Below, piece after piece: positions 13,931 to 26,199 of a DNA stretch of 64,000 bases. Under the pieces are notes generated by a model, which saw only the letters and a program-made list of their open reading frames with translations, had not been told where the DNA came from and did no database searches. Source of the DNA: Mobula hypostoma. Lineage: Eukaryota. Position numbers and translations under genes: made by a program. The DNA lies in contig NC_086101.1 in NCBI RefSeq assembly GCF_963921235.1, positions 164,920,001 through 164,984,000 of the forward strand. Reading direction: 5' to 3'. Every line of letters starts with the position of its first letter. The stretch's first letter is position 1.

Positions 13931-14420
13931 TTCAAGCAACACACATCAAAGTTGCTGGTGAATGCAGCAGGCCAAGCAGCATCTCTAGGAAGAGGTGCAG
14001 TCGACGTTTCAGGCCGAGACCCTTCGTCAGGACTAACTGAAGGAAGAGTGAGTAAGGGATTTGAAAGTTGGAGGGGGAGGGGGAGATCCAAAATGATAGG
14101 AGAAGACAGGAGGGGGAGGGATAGAGCCGAGAGCTGGACAGGTGATTGGCAAAAGGGGATATGAGAGGATCATGGGACAGGAGGTCTGGGAAGAAAGACA
14201 AGGAGGTGGGGGGACCCAGAGGATGGGCAAGAGGTATATTCAGAGGGACAGAGGGAGAAAAAGGAGAGTGAGAGAAAGAATGTGTGCATAAAAATGAGTA
14301 ACAGATGGGGTACGAGGGGGAGGTGGGGCCTTAGCGGAAGTTAGAGAAGTCGATGTTCATGCCATCAGGTTGGAGGCTACCCAGACAGAATATAAGGTGT
14401 TGTTCCTCCAACCTGAGTGT
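13931..14420 (-). mobile_element. Young PLE 3' fragment, near-identical to 46741-47226, with TSD
   Basis: Very high identity by eye to the 46.7-47.2 kb copy. acaagattcaag is duplicated at 13925-13936 and 14421-14432. Confidence 0.92.
13999..14034 (-). ncRNA. Minimal type I hammerhead ribozyme, intact
   Basis: Minus strand reads AGTC-CTGACGA-AGG gtctcgg CCT-GAAA-CGTC-GACT: stem I AGTC/GACT, stem II AGG/CCT, palindromic ACGT in place of helix III, GUC triplet. Confidence 0.85.
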
Positions 14421-14817
14421 ACAAGATTCAAGTGCTGTGATTCATGTGTTCTCAATCACCAACTTGCTGGAATTCTAGGCAATACTGCAAAGAGTTAAAG
14501 AAATATAGCGTTTTTCCTACAACACCCCGCATTATCTCGACAACTAGTCACTGTTGTTTTCATAACACTCAAACATAAAAATGCTAAGAGCTTATCTTTT
14601 ACTTTTCCGGTGGTTTTATCTTTCCTGAACTTCAGTGAAAGTCTCCTGATTTAACCAATTGGTGTCTGAATTTTTTCATCATATTTTTATAAAATGAACA
14701 ATATTATTAGATGCGAAAACTCAGAAAATTCAAAATAACAACAGCTCATATTATGAATGGCTTGCATTCACCATGGTTTAGTCTTTATATGCAGTTATTT
14801 TATCGTATTTGGGTATA

Positions 14818-15555
14818 CAGTGGATTCCAGTTATTTGGGCCAACAGTTAATCAAAGCAGCTGCTTACTTGGGACAACTCTTAAAGAAAAATGAATTGATA
14901 AAATAGCTCGGTTTCTCTTCGTTTATTTGAGAGACTATGCTGCTTAACTGGGACAGGCGACTATTGGCGAACTGTTTCTAATTAGCGTCAGTCACATGCC
15001 CTTGTATGGCCATTAGACATCACACCGAGCTTAGAGCAAACAGTTTGTAAATAGCGTTGGCTGCATGTGTTCATGTTCATAAACAGTGATTTTTGATGCT
15101 GATAGTTGGTGAGAAATAAGCAGTAAGAAAACTCAAAACTGTTTTGCTCACTGCGGTTTCAAGCATTCAGGCTTGGAGATGCCAGAAATGGCTGGGAGTG
15201 AAAATGAAACCATTTCCCTACTTCAACAAGTTAGATTTGGATGATGCAATCGTCAAAAGCTTTGTATGGAGGCAGTCTGCTATCTTCACGAGGTGCAGGC
15301 GCTGACTTTTTAAATTCCCAGTCAATCAAAAGAACACGCCAGCACACTCTGGATGAATGCCTCTGTCAATAACTAGTCAGAACATAGCACTGTAGTAGTA
15401 GTAGTACAGTTCTAATTTATGTGTTTCATAATTAATATATAATTTGTTACTCAGTTAAATGGTAGATTGTCTTTTTTTATATCTTTTAATTATTTCCATG
15501 AAGCTCTGACTAATTGGGACACAATGTACTGGCCCCGATTAACCAGAATCCACTG
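14818..15555 (+). mobile_element. Tigger/pogo-family internally deleted DNA transposon
   Basis: TIRs cagtggattccagttatttgggcca / tggccccgattaaccagaatccactg with TA on both sides. Internal remnant DSW*EISSKKTQNCFAHCGF resembles a Tigger transposase C-terminus. Confidence 0.85.
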
Positions 15556-15809
15556 TAGTAGTACTTCCAAAGGGAAAGCAGTGTCATATAGCGAATGTGT
15601 ATATAGCTTTAAGAAGTATGTCTTCTGTGTGGTACGCCATTAATACAGTGCTCTAACTGCCAATGCAGTCAGTTAGTTGAGTGTTGTTCGCTGTTAATGA
15701 AGTACTTTGAAAATTAGCTCACTCCTTGTTACTTCTCATGCTAACCGCCCAGAGCTATAAACACCCACCAAAAGATAAAACAGATAGAAAAAGCAATAGG
15801 AAAGTATGT

Positions 15810-17311
15810 TGCTTCCAGCCTGTCAGGCACCAAGATCATGGCTGATCCTTAACGTCGAGGTTTTCTAATCCGATTTCCCATACATACATACATATATGTC
15901 CCACCCACTGTGCTTATGTGCTTAGGAAAGAGGCTATGCAGCATCCAACACCACGACCACTAGATTGAAAAACAGTTACCTCCCTCAAGCTGTCAGGCTG
16001 ATTAACACCTCCACCAGTTAGTCCACCCCACCAACCCCACCACCAGCACATACACCTAGTGTCACTGTATGTATACACAAACTGTATGCAAGTTATTTTG
16101 CATTTTGTTTTATAGGATTGCTTTTATATTTATTTTGGTTTGTATTGGATCCAGCATAATAGTCACTTTGTTCTCCTTTACACTTGTGGACTGAAGACTG
16201 GCAATAAAGAATCTTGAATTGTCACAAAAATCTGAGCCCCTGGATTCTTCTAAAGAGTGACAACCTCAAGAATGAAGGCTTTTCCCACATTGTAAAGAGC
16301 TGTGTTGCTATCAGGAAACAATGACCCTTAGGTCAAGACCCCTCATCATTACCCTGCTAACCACCTCATTGGTCCCTCATACCCCAGCTGGTACAACCGT
16401 ATAAACCATATAATAATTACAGCACGGAAACAGGCCATCTCAGCCCTTCTCGTCCGTGCCGAATGTTTACTCTCACCTCGTTCCACCGACCTGCACTCAG
16501 CCCATAACCCTCCATTCCTTTCCCATCTATATAGCTATCCAATTTTACTTTCAATGACAATATCGAGCCTGCCTTTACCACTTCAACTGGAAGCTCATTC
16601 CACACAGCTACCACTCTGAGTAAAGAAGTTCCCCCTTGTGTTATCCCTAAACTTTTGCCCCCTAACTCTCAACTCATGTCCTCTTGTTTGAATCTCCCCC
16701 ACTCTCAATGGAAAAAGCCTATCCACGTCAACTCTATCTATCCCCCCTCTTAATTTAAAATACCTCTACCAAGTCCCCCCTCAACCTTCTACACTCCAAA
16801 GAATAAAGACCCAACTTGTTCAACCTTTCTCTGTAACTTAGGTGCTGAAACCCAGGTAACATTCTAGTAAATCTTCTCTGCACTCTCTCTATTTTGTTGA
16901 CATCTTTCCTATAATTCAGTGACCAGAACTGTACACAATACTCCAAATTTGGCCTTACCAATGCCTTGTACAATTTTAACATTACATCCCAACTCCTATA
17001 CTCAATGCTCTGATTTATAAAGGCCAGCATACCAAAAGCTTTCCTCACCACCCTATCCACATGAGATTCCACCTGCTTCCAGCCTGTCAGGCACTAAGAT
17101 CATGGCTGATCCTCAACGTCAAGAGGTTTTCTTACCCGATTTCCCATACATACATATCCCACCCACTGTGCTTATGGACTGTCCATCCCACTCCCCTCAG
17201 GGAAGAGGCTACGCAGCATCCACACCACGACCACAAGATTCAAAATCAGTTATCTCCCTCAAGCTGTCAGGCTGATTAACACCTCTACCCGTTAGTCCAC
17301 CCCATCAACCC
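15810..17311 (+). repeat. Diverged ~230-bp direct duplication (15810-16038 / 17074-17311)
   Basis: tgcttccagcctgtcaggcac(c/t)aagatcatggctgatcc...ctccctcaagctgtcaggctgattaacacct...gttagtccacccca is present twice. Confidence 0.85.
16400..17073 (-). mobile_element. CR1 LINE, 5'-truncated
   Basis: ORF 16755-17072 (LYKALVRPNLEYCVQFWS...ERVQRRFTRMLPG...RRLRGDL) is a typical CR1 ORF2 C-terminus. Confidence 0.93.
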
Positions 17312-17389
17312 ATTGTAGGACAATGGAAACCTCTTATTGCAAAGAAAGTTCCATTTTAGCTTGAACTAACAACTTCAAATTCATTATGA

Positions 17390-17570
17390 AAGCAACACAT
17401 AAAATGCTGAAAGGTCTCGGCCCAAACCATCGATGGTACTCTTTTCCATCGGTGCTGCCAGGCCTGCTGAGTTCCTCCAGCACTTTGTATGAAACATCAA
17501 AATGTCAGGCAACATCTATGGAAATGAATTAACAGTTGATGTTTTGGGCTGAGACCCTCCTGCAGAACTG
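17390..17570. mobile_element. Scrambled inverted PLE-terminus fragments
   Basis: Alternating orientations of the aaaatgctg / ggcctgctgagttcctccagca terminus, with two decayed hammerhead halves. Confidence 0.65.
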
Positions 17571-17929
17571 ACTTCTGAATGACTTGTTAGCTAAAGTCCT
17601 TTGGTAATTGGAGTGAAATTCCCTTAATTATATTTCCCTCAGGCACTCTAATACAGGAGAAACTGGTAACTACTATACTTCTCTCTTCACGGAAATGATT
17701 TATAAGATTGTTTAAACAGGTAGAAAACGCGAGGACTCTGAAGAGATCACCAAAGCAAAACAGCAAATGTAGTAGGAACTATGAAAACAATAATACATAA
17801 TTTTAAAAATGTAAACCAAGTTTTGCAATTACACTGTTACTCCTTAACAGATGAAAATTCTTAGGGATAATTATAATCAATATTTTTGGTTGTGGTAAAG
17901 AATAGGGTGATATAGGGTCTTTTCATGAT

Positions 17930-18683
17930 TGTAGGGCACTGCTGGTTATCCAGCACACCAAGTATGTCAGGTCTACCCCACTAGTAAGCTGCCCGATAGC
18001 AGTGGTGCTGGACTTGCTGCAAACCGTGTTGCAGCCTGCTTCAGCCACCCAGGGAAGAAGATGTCGGGTTGGTGCACGATCCAACAAACAGCGGAAACGA
18101 TTGGTTTGGCCATTCTTAATGTGTTGGACATCAGTAATGCAGAAAACTGCGAGTCTGATTCACCGGTTCAATTGTGAAACCGATGGCGGGGGAGCTGCGT
18201 GGCCTCGGCTGTGGCGTGGACAAGGCCCGCATGCCTTAGGGTTGCCCGTTGCAGCCACCAGAGAAGGAGACACCGGTGCTGGCTGTGGGCTACTGGATTC
18301 TGTACCGGGTTGGGGCCGGCCCCTCCCATCAGGGCTATCTTCCAATGTTCGCTCGGTAAAAGACAACCTGGAGTGCATTCGTCCGCAGCTGCACCTACGT
18401 GAGATGAGGAACTGCTGCGGGCCTGTTCTTGCCAAAACGTGGCTCCACGACACCATCCATGCACCATCAGTCTACAGGCCATGACATTCAGGACCTGGGC
18501 TACATAATTATTTTTTAGTTTGTTTTTTCGTAACTTATGTTTTCTGCAATCATAATTATATGTGCTACGTGTGTTGTGTGACTGTTGGTTCTGTGTTTTG
18601 CACCCTGGCCCCAGAGGAACGATGTTTCGTTTGGGGCTGTATTCATGTGTGGTTGAACGAGAATTAAATTGCATTTGAACTTG
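17930..18683 (+). mobile_element. Internally deleted Rex/Babar-like element (endonuclease N-terminus joined to 3' tail)
   Basis: SNVRSVKDNLECIR...REMRNCC..VLAKTWLHDTI (AP-endonuclease start) is followed directly by a TG-rich tail ending attaaattgcatttgaacttga. Confidence 0.6.
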
Positions 18684-19379
18684 ATATTGCCAATGAACGA
18701 CTAACTGCTACAATATTACTATTCCAAAGTTATCTGGCTGTAACTTGGCAGAGGCTTGCTCTGATAGTGTAATCAGTGGGAACCCACACACAGACAAATT
18801 CTCAATAGTATTTAAGCTCTCTGCTTCCTTATCCTGCATAGTTATAAAAGTACTCCACACTCTCTCTGCCTGAACCATTGTAGTAGCCTGACAGTAAGGC
18901 TGGGAATGACAGTATAGCAGATAAATAACTGGACTGCAATCCAGAATCCCAACTACCAATCTGAGACACGAGTTTGAATTCCTTCACATCAACTGGGAGT
19001 CATCACATAAATTTACAATAACAAACCGGCATCTGAAATGGTGACTCTATCGAATCATTGACTAAAACTTCCAGTTCACTGAGGTCAGTGAGGGAAATCA
19101 CCCCTCCCTACCATAATGGCCCATGTACAATTTCCAAATCAGCAGTGTGGTTGACTTTCAACTGCACTCTGAAATGGTTTAGTAAACCATTCACTTTAGT
19201 AGCCAGACACAGATGAACAATAAATGCTGCCCTGGCCAGTAGCATGAAAGCCCCACAGATGAATAAAAAAAACTCCTGAGGGAACAGTAAAGATTTGAAA
19301 GAGCTCAACAAACACACAAAATAGAAACAGGAAATAGGAACTATTCCCTTTAAAGCCCATTCTGTCAATCAATACAATC

Positions 19380-19908
19380 ATATAACCATTACAGCACGGA
19401 AACAGGCCATCTCGGCCCTTCTAGTCTGTGCCGAACTCTTACTCTCACCTAGTCCCACCGACCTGCACTCGGCCCATAACCCTCCATTCTTTTCCTGTCC
19501 ATATATCTATCCAATTTAACCTTAAACGACAACATCGAACCTGCCTCAACCACTTCTGCTGGAAGCTCGTTCCACACAGCTACCACTCTCTGAGTAAAGT
19601 TGTTCCCCCTCATGTTACCCCTAAACTTTTGCCCTTTAACTCTCGAGTCCTCTTGTTTGAATCTCCCCCATTCTCAATGGAAAAAGCCTATCCACGTCAA
19701 CTCTATCAAGCCCCCTCATAATTTTAAACACCTCTATCAAGTCCCCCTCAACCTTCTACGCTCCAAAGAATAAAGATCTAACTTGTTCAACGTTTCTCTG
19801 TAACTTAGGAGATGAAACCCAGGCAACATTTTAGTAAATCTCCTCTGTACTCTCTCAATTTTATTGACATCTTTCCTATAATTCAGTGACCAGAACTGTG
19901 CACAATAC
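19380..19908 (-). mobile_element. CR1 LINE, 5'-truncated, same subfamily as 16400-17073
   Basis: YCAQFWSLNYRKDVNKIERVQRRFTKMLPG. The tail acagcacggaaacaggccatct is shared with the 16400 copy. Confidence 0.92.
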
Positions 19909-20081
19909 ACAAAGACACAGAAGATGTCCTGGTCATCCACTGCGCCTAGTCCCATCTCCAGCCGTCTCGACTCTTGTCTTGCCACTGGATCCAGATGGGA
20001 ATTGGGAAGAGAGAGTGAGGCTGACGCCGTGCAACTCTCCCTCACTTAAATCCAAATCAAGCGCTAGTTTCAGCACCATCA
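19909..20081 (+). mobile_element. 3' fragment of an unclassified retroposon related to 40948-41410
   Basis: Shares gccgtct...gccactggatc...gaggctg...gtgcaac...ctcac(t/c)taaa(a)tcca with 41205-41345. Confidence 0.5.
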
Positions 20082-20918
20082 GCCGGCTGGTGGAATAGCT
20101 CATTCCTTATCAGATTCTCCATTATCTCAGCAACTCTGCATCCACATGTTTAGAATTCCAAAGATTTACAATCCTCAGGAACAAAGACGTGATTCCTCAT
20201 TACAACAAAACCAGGACCCCTTTATTTTACATTCTCTACATCTACCCTGACAATCCATCAGAATCTTGTGTTCACATCTCGTTCTCCTAAAATTCCAAGG
20301 TGTTTCGTCCACCATCCTCGATAACATCTTGGGGTTCATCACAGGTCCGGATGCCACATTTACACAAGTTATTAATCTACAGACCCTATAGAGTCATAGC
20401 GGAAACATTCTAAAAGACCGGCATATAACTTGAATCCATAAGAAAATGTTTTAAAATTACATTAAGGAAAAAAATTGAACAAACGTGGACTTAGTCCATA
20501 TTTATACAATGAATCATCAAATTAAAAGTGGGATGTTTGTTATCATGGAGATGGTTCATGAATGGAAAACTGGAGGATCTATGACGAAATGTGGATCTTG
20601 AGCTTTAACCTGTGCTTAGTCATTTCCTTTGCACAGTTGATTATGTGGCATTTTATGGTTGCAATCTGAGCAAAAAATGTTCTTTAAAGCAAACAGTTCA
20701 TGTAGAACTTAGAACATAGAAATCTAAAGCACATTACAGGCCCTTCGGCCCACAATGTTGTGCTGACCATGTAACCTACTGTAGACACTGCTGAGAATTC
20801 CCCTACTGCAGAGCCCTCTATTTTTCTAAACACAAAATAATCTGCAGGTGCTGGAGTCAAAGCAACACTCACAACACGCTGGAGGAACTCAGGTCAGGCA
20901 GCATCCGTGGAAAAAATG

Positions 20919-20954
20919 AGTCGACGTTTCGGGCCAGAACCCTTCGTCAGGACT
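20919..20954 (-). ncRNA. Minimal hammerhead ribozyme, intact core
   Basis: Minus strand reads AGTC-CTGACGA-AGGGTTCTGGCCC-GAAA-CGTC-GACT. Confidence 0.82.
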
Positions 20955-21893
20955 GCAGAGGGAAGGGGCAGAGGCCCTATAAAGAAGGTGGGGGGAGGGT
21001 GGGAAGGAGAAGGCTGGTAGGTTCCAAGTGGAAAACCAGTAAGGGGAAAGATAAAGGGGTGGGGGAGGGGAAGCAGGGAGGTGATCGGCAGGAAAGGTGA
21101 AGAAGGAATAGGGGAAAACACAATGAGTAGTAGAAGGAGGCGGAACCATGAGGGAGGTGATAGGCAGCTGGGGGAGGGGGCAGAGTGGCATAGGGATAGA
21201 GGAAGGGAGGGGGATGGAATTACCAGAAGTTGGAAAAGTACTACACCTGTCCCTACACCTCCTCTCTTGTCACCATTCAGGGCCCCAAACAGTCCTTCCA
21301 AGTGAGGCAACACTTCACTTGTGAGTCTGTTGGGGTCACCTATTGCATCCGGTGCTCCCGGTGCGGCCTCCTCTACATCGGTGAAACCCGACGCAGATTG
21401 GGGGACCGCTTCGTCGAGCCCCTCCGCTTCGTCTGCCACAACAGACAGGATCTCCCAGTAGCCACCCACGTCAACTCTGCTTCCCACTCCAATTCAGATA
21501 TGTCCATACATGGCCTCCTCTACTGCCATGATGAGGCTAAACTCAGGTTGGAGGAGCAACACTTCATATACCGTCTAGGTAGTCTCCAGCCCCTTGGTAT
21601 GAACATAGAATTCTCCAACTTCCGGTAATTCCCTCCCCCTCCCTTCCTCTATCCCTATGTCACTCTGCCCCCTCCCCCAGCTGCCTATCACCTCCCTCAT
21701 GGTTCCGCCTCCTTCTACTACCCATTGTGTTTTCCCCTATTCCTTCTTCACCTTTCCTGCCTATCATCTCCCTGCTTCCCCTCCCCCACCCCTTTATCTT
21801 TCCCCTTACTGGTTTTTCACCTGGAACCTACCAGCCTTCTCCTTCCCACCCTCCCCCCACCTTCTTTATAGGGCCTCTCCCCCTTCCCTCTTC

Positions 21894-21929
21894 AGTCCTG
21901 ACGAAGGGTTCCGGCCCGAAACGTCGACC
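21894..21929 (+). ncRNA. Minimal hammerhead ribozyme, intact core
   Basis: AGTC-CTGACGA-AGGGTTCCGGCCC-GAAA-CGTC-GACC. Confidence 0.8.
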
Positions 21930-23899
21930 GATCTTTTCCACGGATGCTGCCCGACCTGCTGAGTTCCTCCAGCGTGTTGTGAGTGTTCCTCTATTTTTCT
22001 AAGTGTAATTAGAATAACAGAAGGAAAACTTGGAGAAACACATATATTTCATTTAATTGTTCAGTTATTAGAAATTAGTCCCCTATAATTTGACACAGAA
22101 AACTTATTCTGCTCTAAAGACTGAAATAAACATGGAAATATTCTTTCATACATTTATATATTTGTATTATAAAAAGGCAGTTATTAGGACCAATTATAAA
22201 ACTGCCAAAGACCAATGAGAAACAAAATAGATTTATACTGACGTTGTCACAATCAATTCCAACACCGCAGGCATTCTGCCTTCTCCCCCACTCACAAAGG
22301 GCAGAAGATACGAAGAGCCTGACAGCATGCACCAGTGGGCTCAGGTACAACTTGTATCCCGTTATCTCAAGAATATTAAATGGTCCCTTACATGATAAAG
22401 TGGACTTTTGACCTCACAATCTGCAGTCTTTTGGCCTTGCACACTTCCTCTGATACTATAATAATTTATTTTGCATTCTGTTATTGTTTTACCTCGGGCT
22501 ACCATTGCTATAATGAGTTGATGTGTATGGACGGTACGACAGCCGAACTACCCACAGTACCTCAGCATATGTGTCAATAATACACCAAGTTACCAATATT
22601 CAAGATACAATACGCTGAAAACAACTCTGTCAATTTCAGCGCATTGCTTATCGACACTGCATGGCATTTTCACACAACTTTACAGCACTTGCATCCAACC
22701 AGTCCATCTCAGTCATCTATTCCAACTTCCATGCTGAAAGTTGTTGCAACTTAATAGCCTCCCATCTCCTCCAAAAAGGTGGTAGTTCTGCATGGAAATG
22801 TTAGTTTGAAAAGTTAATGATGGGATGGGTGTGCAGGTTGTCAAGATTAGGTTGTCGTGGCCTGCAACATGGACAAGTCAGGGTGGCGTGCTGGAGATTA
22901 GAATGGTGTAAAGATAATGAATACTTTTAGATGGCAGACATCCCGTCCTGTGTTGCTGGGGAAACCAGGATGCTCCAGGAGTCACTGATGGCTGATCCAG
23001 GGAAAACGTGGCTTATACCGTCCTGAAGAACTCCAAATGGAGCCTTGAACAGAGAAATATGCCCTGAAGTGGACATTGTATCAGCTGTGCAGCACTGACT
23101 CCAGCCTCAAAGTAACTGAACACATTTCTGAAATGGAAATTGTTAATGCATTTTGCATCAAAAATGTGTTTTACTTCTTAATTATATAATATTGAGAAAC
23201 AAACAATATGTTAATTACTAGTCACACATTTTAAAACTACTTCTTATAGAACATACCACATTTGGTACCCCATTCCAGGCACCTACCATCGTCTGTGTAT
23301 AAAACTTGCCCCCTATATAATTATATATTATGGACGTGTCTCTGTTCTGGCAGTGCAAGTGTTAATCCACCAGATTTATGAAGTGCATTATTTGCGTTCT
23401 GGACAAAATCATCCGGTATCCTCAAATACCACTGCCAGATAACTTGCTGGAACATTACTTTTTCGTGGCACTTCACCCTGTGCTGGAGTACTTGACCGAC
23501 AGCTTTGCACCCGCCGGAGACTTGGTCACAGACAAACTGAAGCAGAGTCCATGCTCTCGGTCAGGTGTGTGGCGCACATGCTCTCAGCTGGTATGTAGAG
23601 GGATTAACCCAGGGAGGCAAGGGAGAGAAATAAGCTGCAACTGATCCAGGAAAGGGGCTGGGAGTGGGGGAGGGGGGTGGTTTAGACATTGTTCATATTG
23701 CCTGCTGCAAACTCAGGTGTCAAGTAGATCCAGTTTCAATATACTGAGGCCACAAACAATTGGCACAACTCAGTACTATACCTGGCTCTGAATTCACCTA
23801 CTGAGAAGCTGAATTCTGAACAGTTAATAATTAACAGTTAGCATCTTTTATGATGAAGAAAAAAGGCTCCCGATAAAACAAGTGTAATTTTTATATGCA

Positions 23900-24082
23900 G
23901 CACACACACAAAATACTGGAGGAACTCAGTTAGCAAGGCAGCATCTATGGAGGGGAATCAGACTCTCGGTGTGAAACATCGACTGTTTATTCCCCTCCAT
24001 AGATGCTGCTGGACTTGCTGAGTTTCTCCTGCATCTTGAGCACGTTGCTCAAGGTTTCTAGCACCTGAAGAATTTCTTCTCT
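23900..24082. mobile_element. Short palindromic PLE-terminus element
   Basis: cacacacacaaaatactggaggaactcag...gcagcatctatggagggga is inverted against tcccctccatagatgctgctggacttgctgagtt. Confidence 0.78.
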
Positions 24083-24184
24083 TGGCAATATTCATAAGTA
24101 TGAATATAATAATAGAGTGGGAAACACACACTGTACTGATGGAGGAGGGCTGTACACGTTATACCAATGGAGCAGGGCAAGTCT

Positions 24185-24915
24185 CAGTGGGAGCAGAGCA
24201 GCTCCAATGCCATACTTAAATTTGCTGACGACACCACGATCATAGGCCGAATCAAAGGTGGCGATGAATCAGCATATATGAGGGAGATTGAAAATCTGGC
24301 TGAGTGGTAGTATAAAAACAACGTTTTACTCAGTGTCAGCATGTCCAAAGAACTGATTGTTGACTTCAGGAGGAGGAAACCAAACATCCATGAGGCTGTC
24401 CTCATTGGGGGATCAGAGGAGGAGAGGGTCAGCAACTTTAAAATCCTCAGTGTTATCATTTCAGAGGACCTGTCCTGGGCCTGGCACCCAAGTGCAATGA
24501 TGAAGAAAACACGGCAGTGCCTTATCTTCCTTAGAAGCTTGTGAAGCATGACATTTACAACTCGGACCAACTTCTACAGATGTGTGGTGGAGAGAGTATA
24601 TTGACAGGCTATATCACAGCCTGGTATGGAAACAGCAATGCCCTTGAACAGAAAATCCTACAAAAAGTAGTGGATATGGTCCAGTCCATCCTGGGTAAAG
24701 CCCTCCCCACCATTGAGCAAATCTACATGGAGCATTGTTGCAGGAAAACAGGGCCCCCATCACCCAGAATATAGTCTCTTATCACTTCTGCCATCAGGAA
24801 GGTACATGAGCCTCAGGATTTATACCACCAGGTTCAGGAGCAGTTATTACTCCTCAACTATCAGGCTCTTGAACCAGAGGGGATAACTTCACTGAACTTC
24901 ATTAGCCCCATCACT
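24185..24915 (+). mobile_element. Rex/Babar-type LINE RT fragment
   Basis: KFADDTTIIGRI, KELIVDFRR, ISEDLSW and ESILTGYITAWYG. Confidence 0.85.
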
Positions 24916-25413
24916 TTAAAAATTCTGTTTCAGGCACTGCTGTCTATGGAATCACTAGGGAGAGGCATGACATGTTGAAAATACATACATTAGAGACCTT
25001 ATGTCTTAAGGTCATTTTATCTTTCAAGGAAGGAACCATGAACAATGCACATTGTATACAAGATCAGGTTAGCAGTGGAGTGCTGCTCTTGAAAAAGAAA
25101 CGCACATGTTTTGGAAATCTTGACAGCCTGTGTAATGATGAGAGCAAACTTCAACAAGCCCCACAAATCACCTGAGGGCAGTCCTGGATACAAAACAATC
25201 GGGTAGTAATTTGCTGCTGAGTTGGTTTAAACGGATGTATATACGATACCACCTTACAACAGTTGTTCTGATTGAATGACAGCAGAGTTACTATCAACGT
25301 GGACAACAGCAGAATTTAAAATTGCATTACCAAGTTTATCCTTCCTAAAAAATAAAGCATTCCTAAGTGGTCTATGGAGGTATAGTGACTAATCCCCATG
25401 AAGTAAAACTTAC

Positions 25414-25843
25414 CTGCAATTCCTTGTAGTAATCCACAAATGTTAAAAATACTTTTCTTCAGGAAACTCTGTACGCACATGGTAAAGACAGACACAAAAG
25501 CCACAGTGCATAGAATGAGAATCCCCGTCGCCAGGAAAATAGCAGTGGCTCGCCAGAATCCACTGGCAATTTCATTAAAGCTTTCGGCGTACGGACCGCA
25601 CAGACTCCCTCGCTTTGAGTTGACCTGGTGGGTCACCTTGATGCAGCGGCTGTATATGCCCAGAGTGGGGCGGTAAGGATCGTTGGAAGTGCTGGAGCGG
25701 TTTGCCGGAGCAGGGCTGCCATTCGCCCTTGGCCTGCCCACCAGCCAGTCTGCACTCATGAAGGCAATCAGTTCAGCAAAGGCCACCACAATACTTAGCA
25801 GGGTCCATAGCATTGAGCGGCAGGTAACAATCACATGACACAT
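25414..25843 (-). CDS. LHFPL2: LHFPL tetraspan subfamily member 2, first coding exon (430 nt, phase-1 donor)
   Basis: [34 protein letters not shown]...PTLGIYSRC...[17 protein letters not shown]...[16 protein letters not shown] matches vertebrate LHFPL2. Similarity stops at GCAG|GTAAGT (cttac at 25409-25413 on the + strand). Confidence 0.96.
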
Positions 25844-25976
25844 GATTTAATCCCAACAGGTGCAAGGCACTTCTGCACAAAAAAAAACTAGGAAAGTATT
25901 TTTCAGCTAATGAAAAAAGAATCAGAATTGAATGTCCTCCAATAGTTGAGATGTCAGTGACAAAGTAAATCCTTAC

Positions 25977-26199
25977 TTCAACAGAATTAAATCAAATGCC
26001 ACAAATTTCTTCAGCTATGTTCATTGACCAACTGGATCGTCTTTCGATTTGGTGCTCACTGCTTGATTCTTCCTCTGATCCTTAGTTTCCGGAGGTCTGT
26101 CTCTTTATCAGCATGCAGGCTGGTACATGACGTGATATTCCACGACAGAATGTTTCAAGGTCTGCCCACAATTCCGTTCATTATCTGTAATAAACACAC
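25977..26199 (-). other. LHFPL2: Candidate LHFPL2 5'-UTR exon or exon segment
   Basis: Acceptor tctctctctctctatttgtttgtag| at 26200 (alternative ttacag| at 26185). Donor GAA|GTAAGG at 25977. Second acceptor tttttttttgtgcag| at 25873. Confidence 0.45.

Larger units (their letters stand above)
20830..21987. mobile_element. PLE insertion with inverted termini, GIY-YIG fragment and 15-bp TSD
   Basis: About 20865-21235 is the reverse complement of about 21610-21987. ORF 21230-21628 reads GVTYCIRCSRCGLLYIGETRRRLGDRF. cctctatttttctaa occurs at 20815-20829 and 21988-22002. Confidence 0.93.

Noticed and set aside
18002-18484. GC-rich block as a CpG-island promoter or novel gene
   Set aside because: It contains the start of a LINE endonuclease and ends in a LINE-type tail
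25316-25413. C-terminal tail of the 175-aa ORF ([10 protein letters not shown]...)
   Set aside because: Read-through past the GTAAGT donor into the intron. LHFPL2 similarity ends at GIAG.
1-25413. Terminal LHFPL2 coding exon (LFLILGL.LYPAGWG...)
   Set aside because: Not in the ORF track and not found by eye. It probably lies left of the window. A tBLASTn search would settle this.
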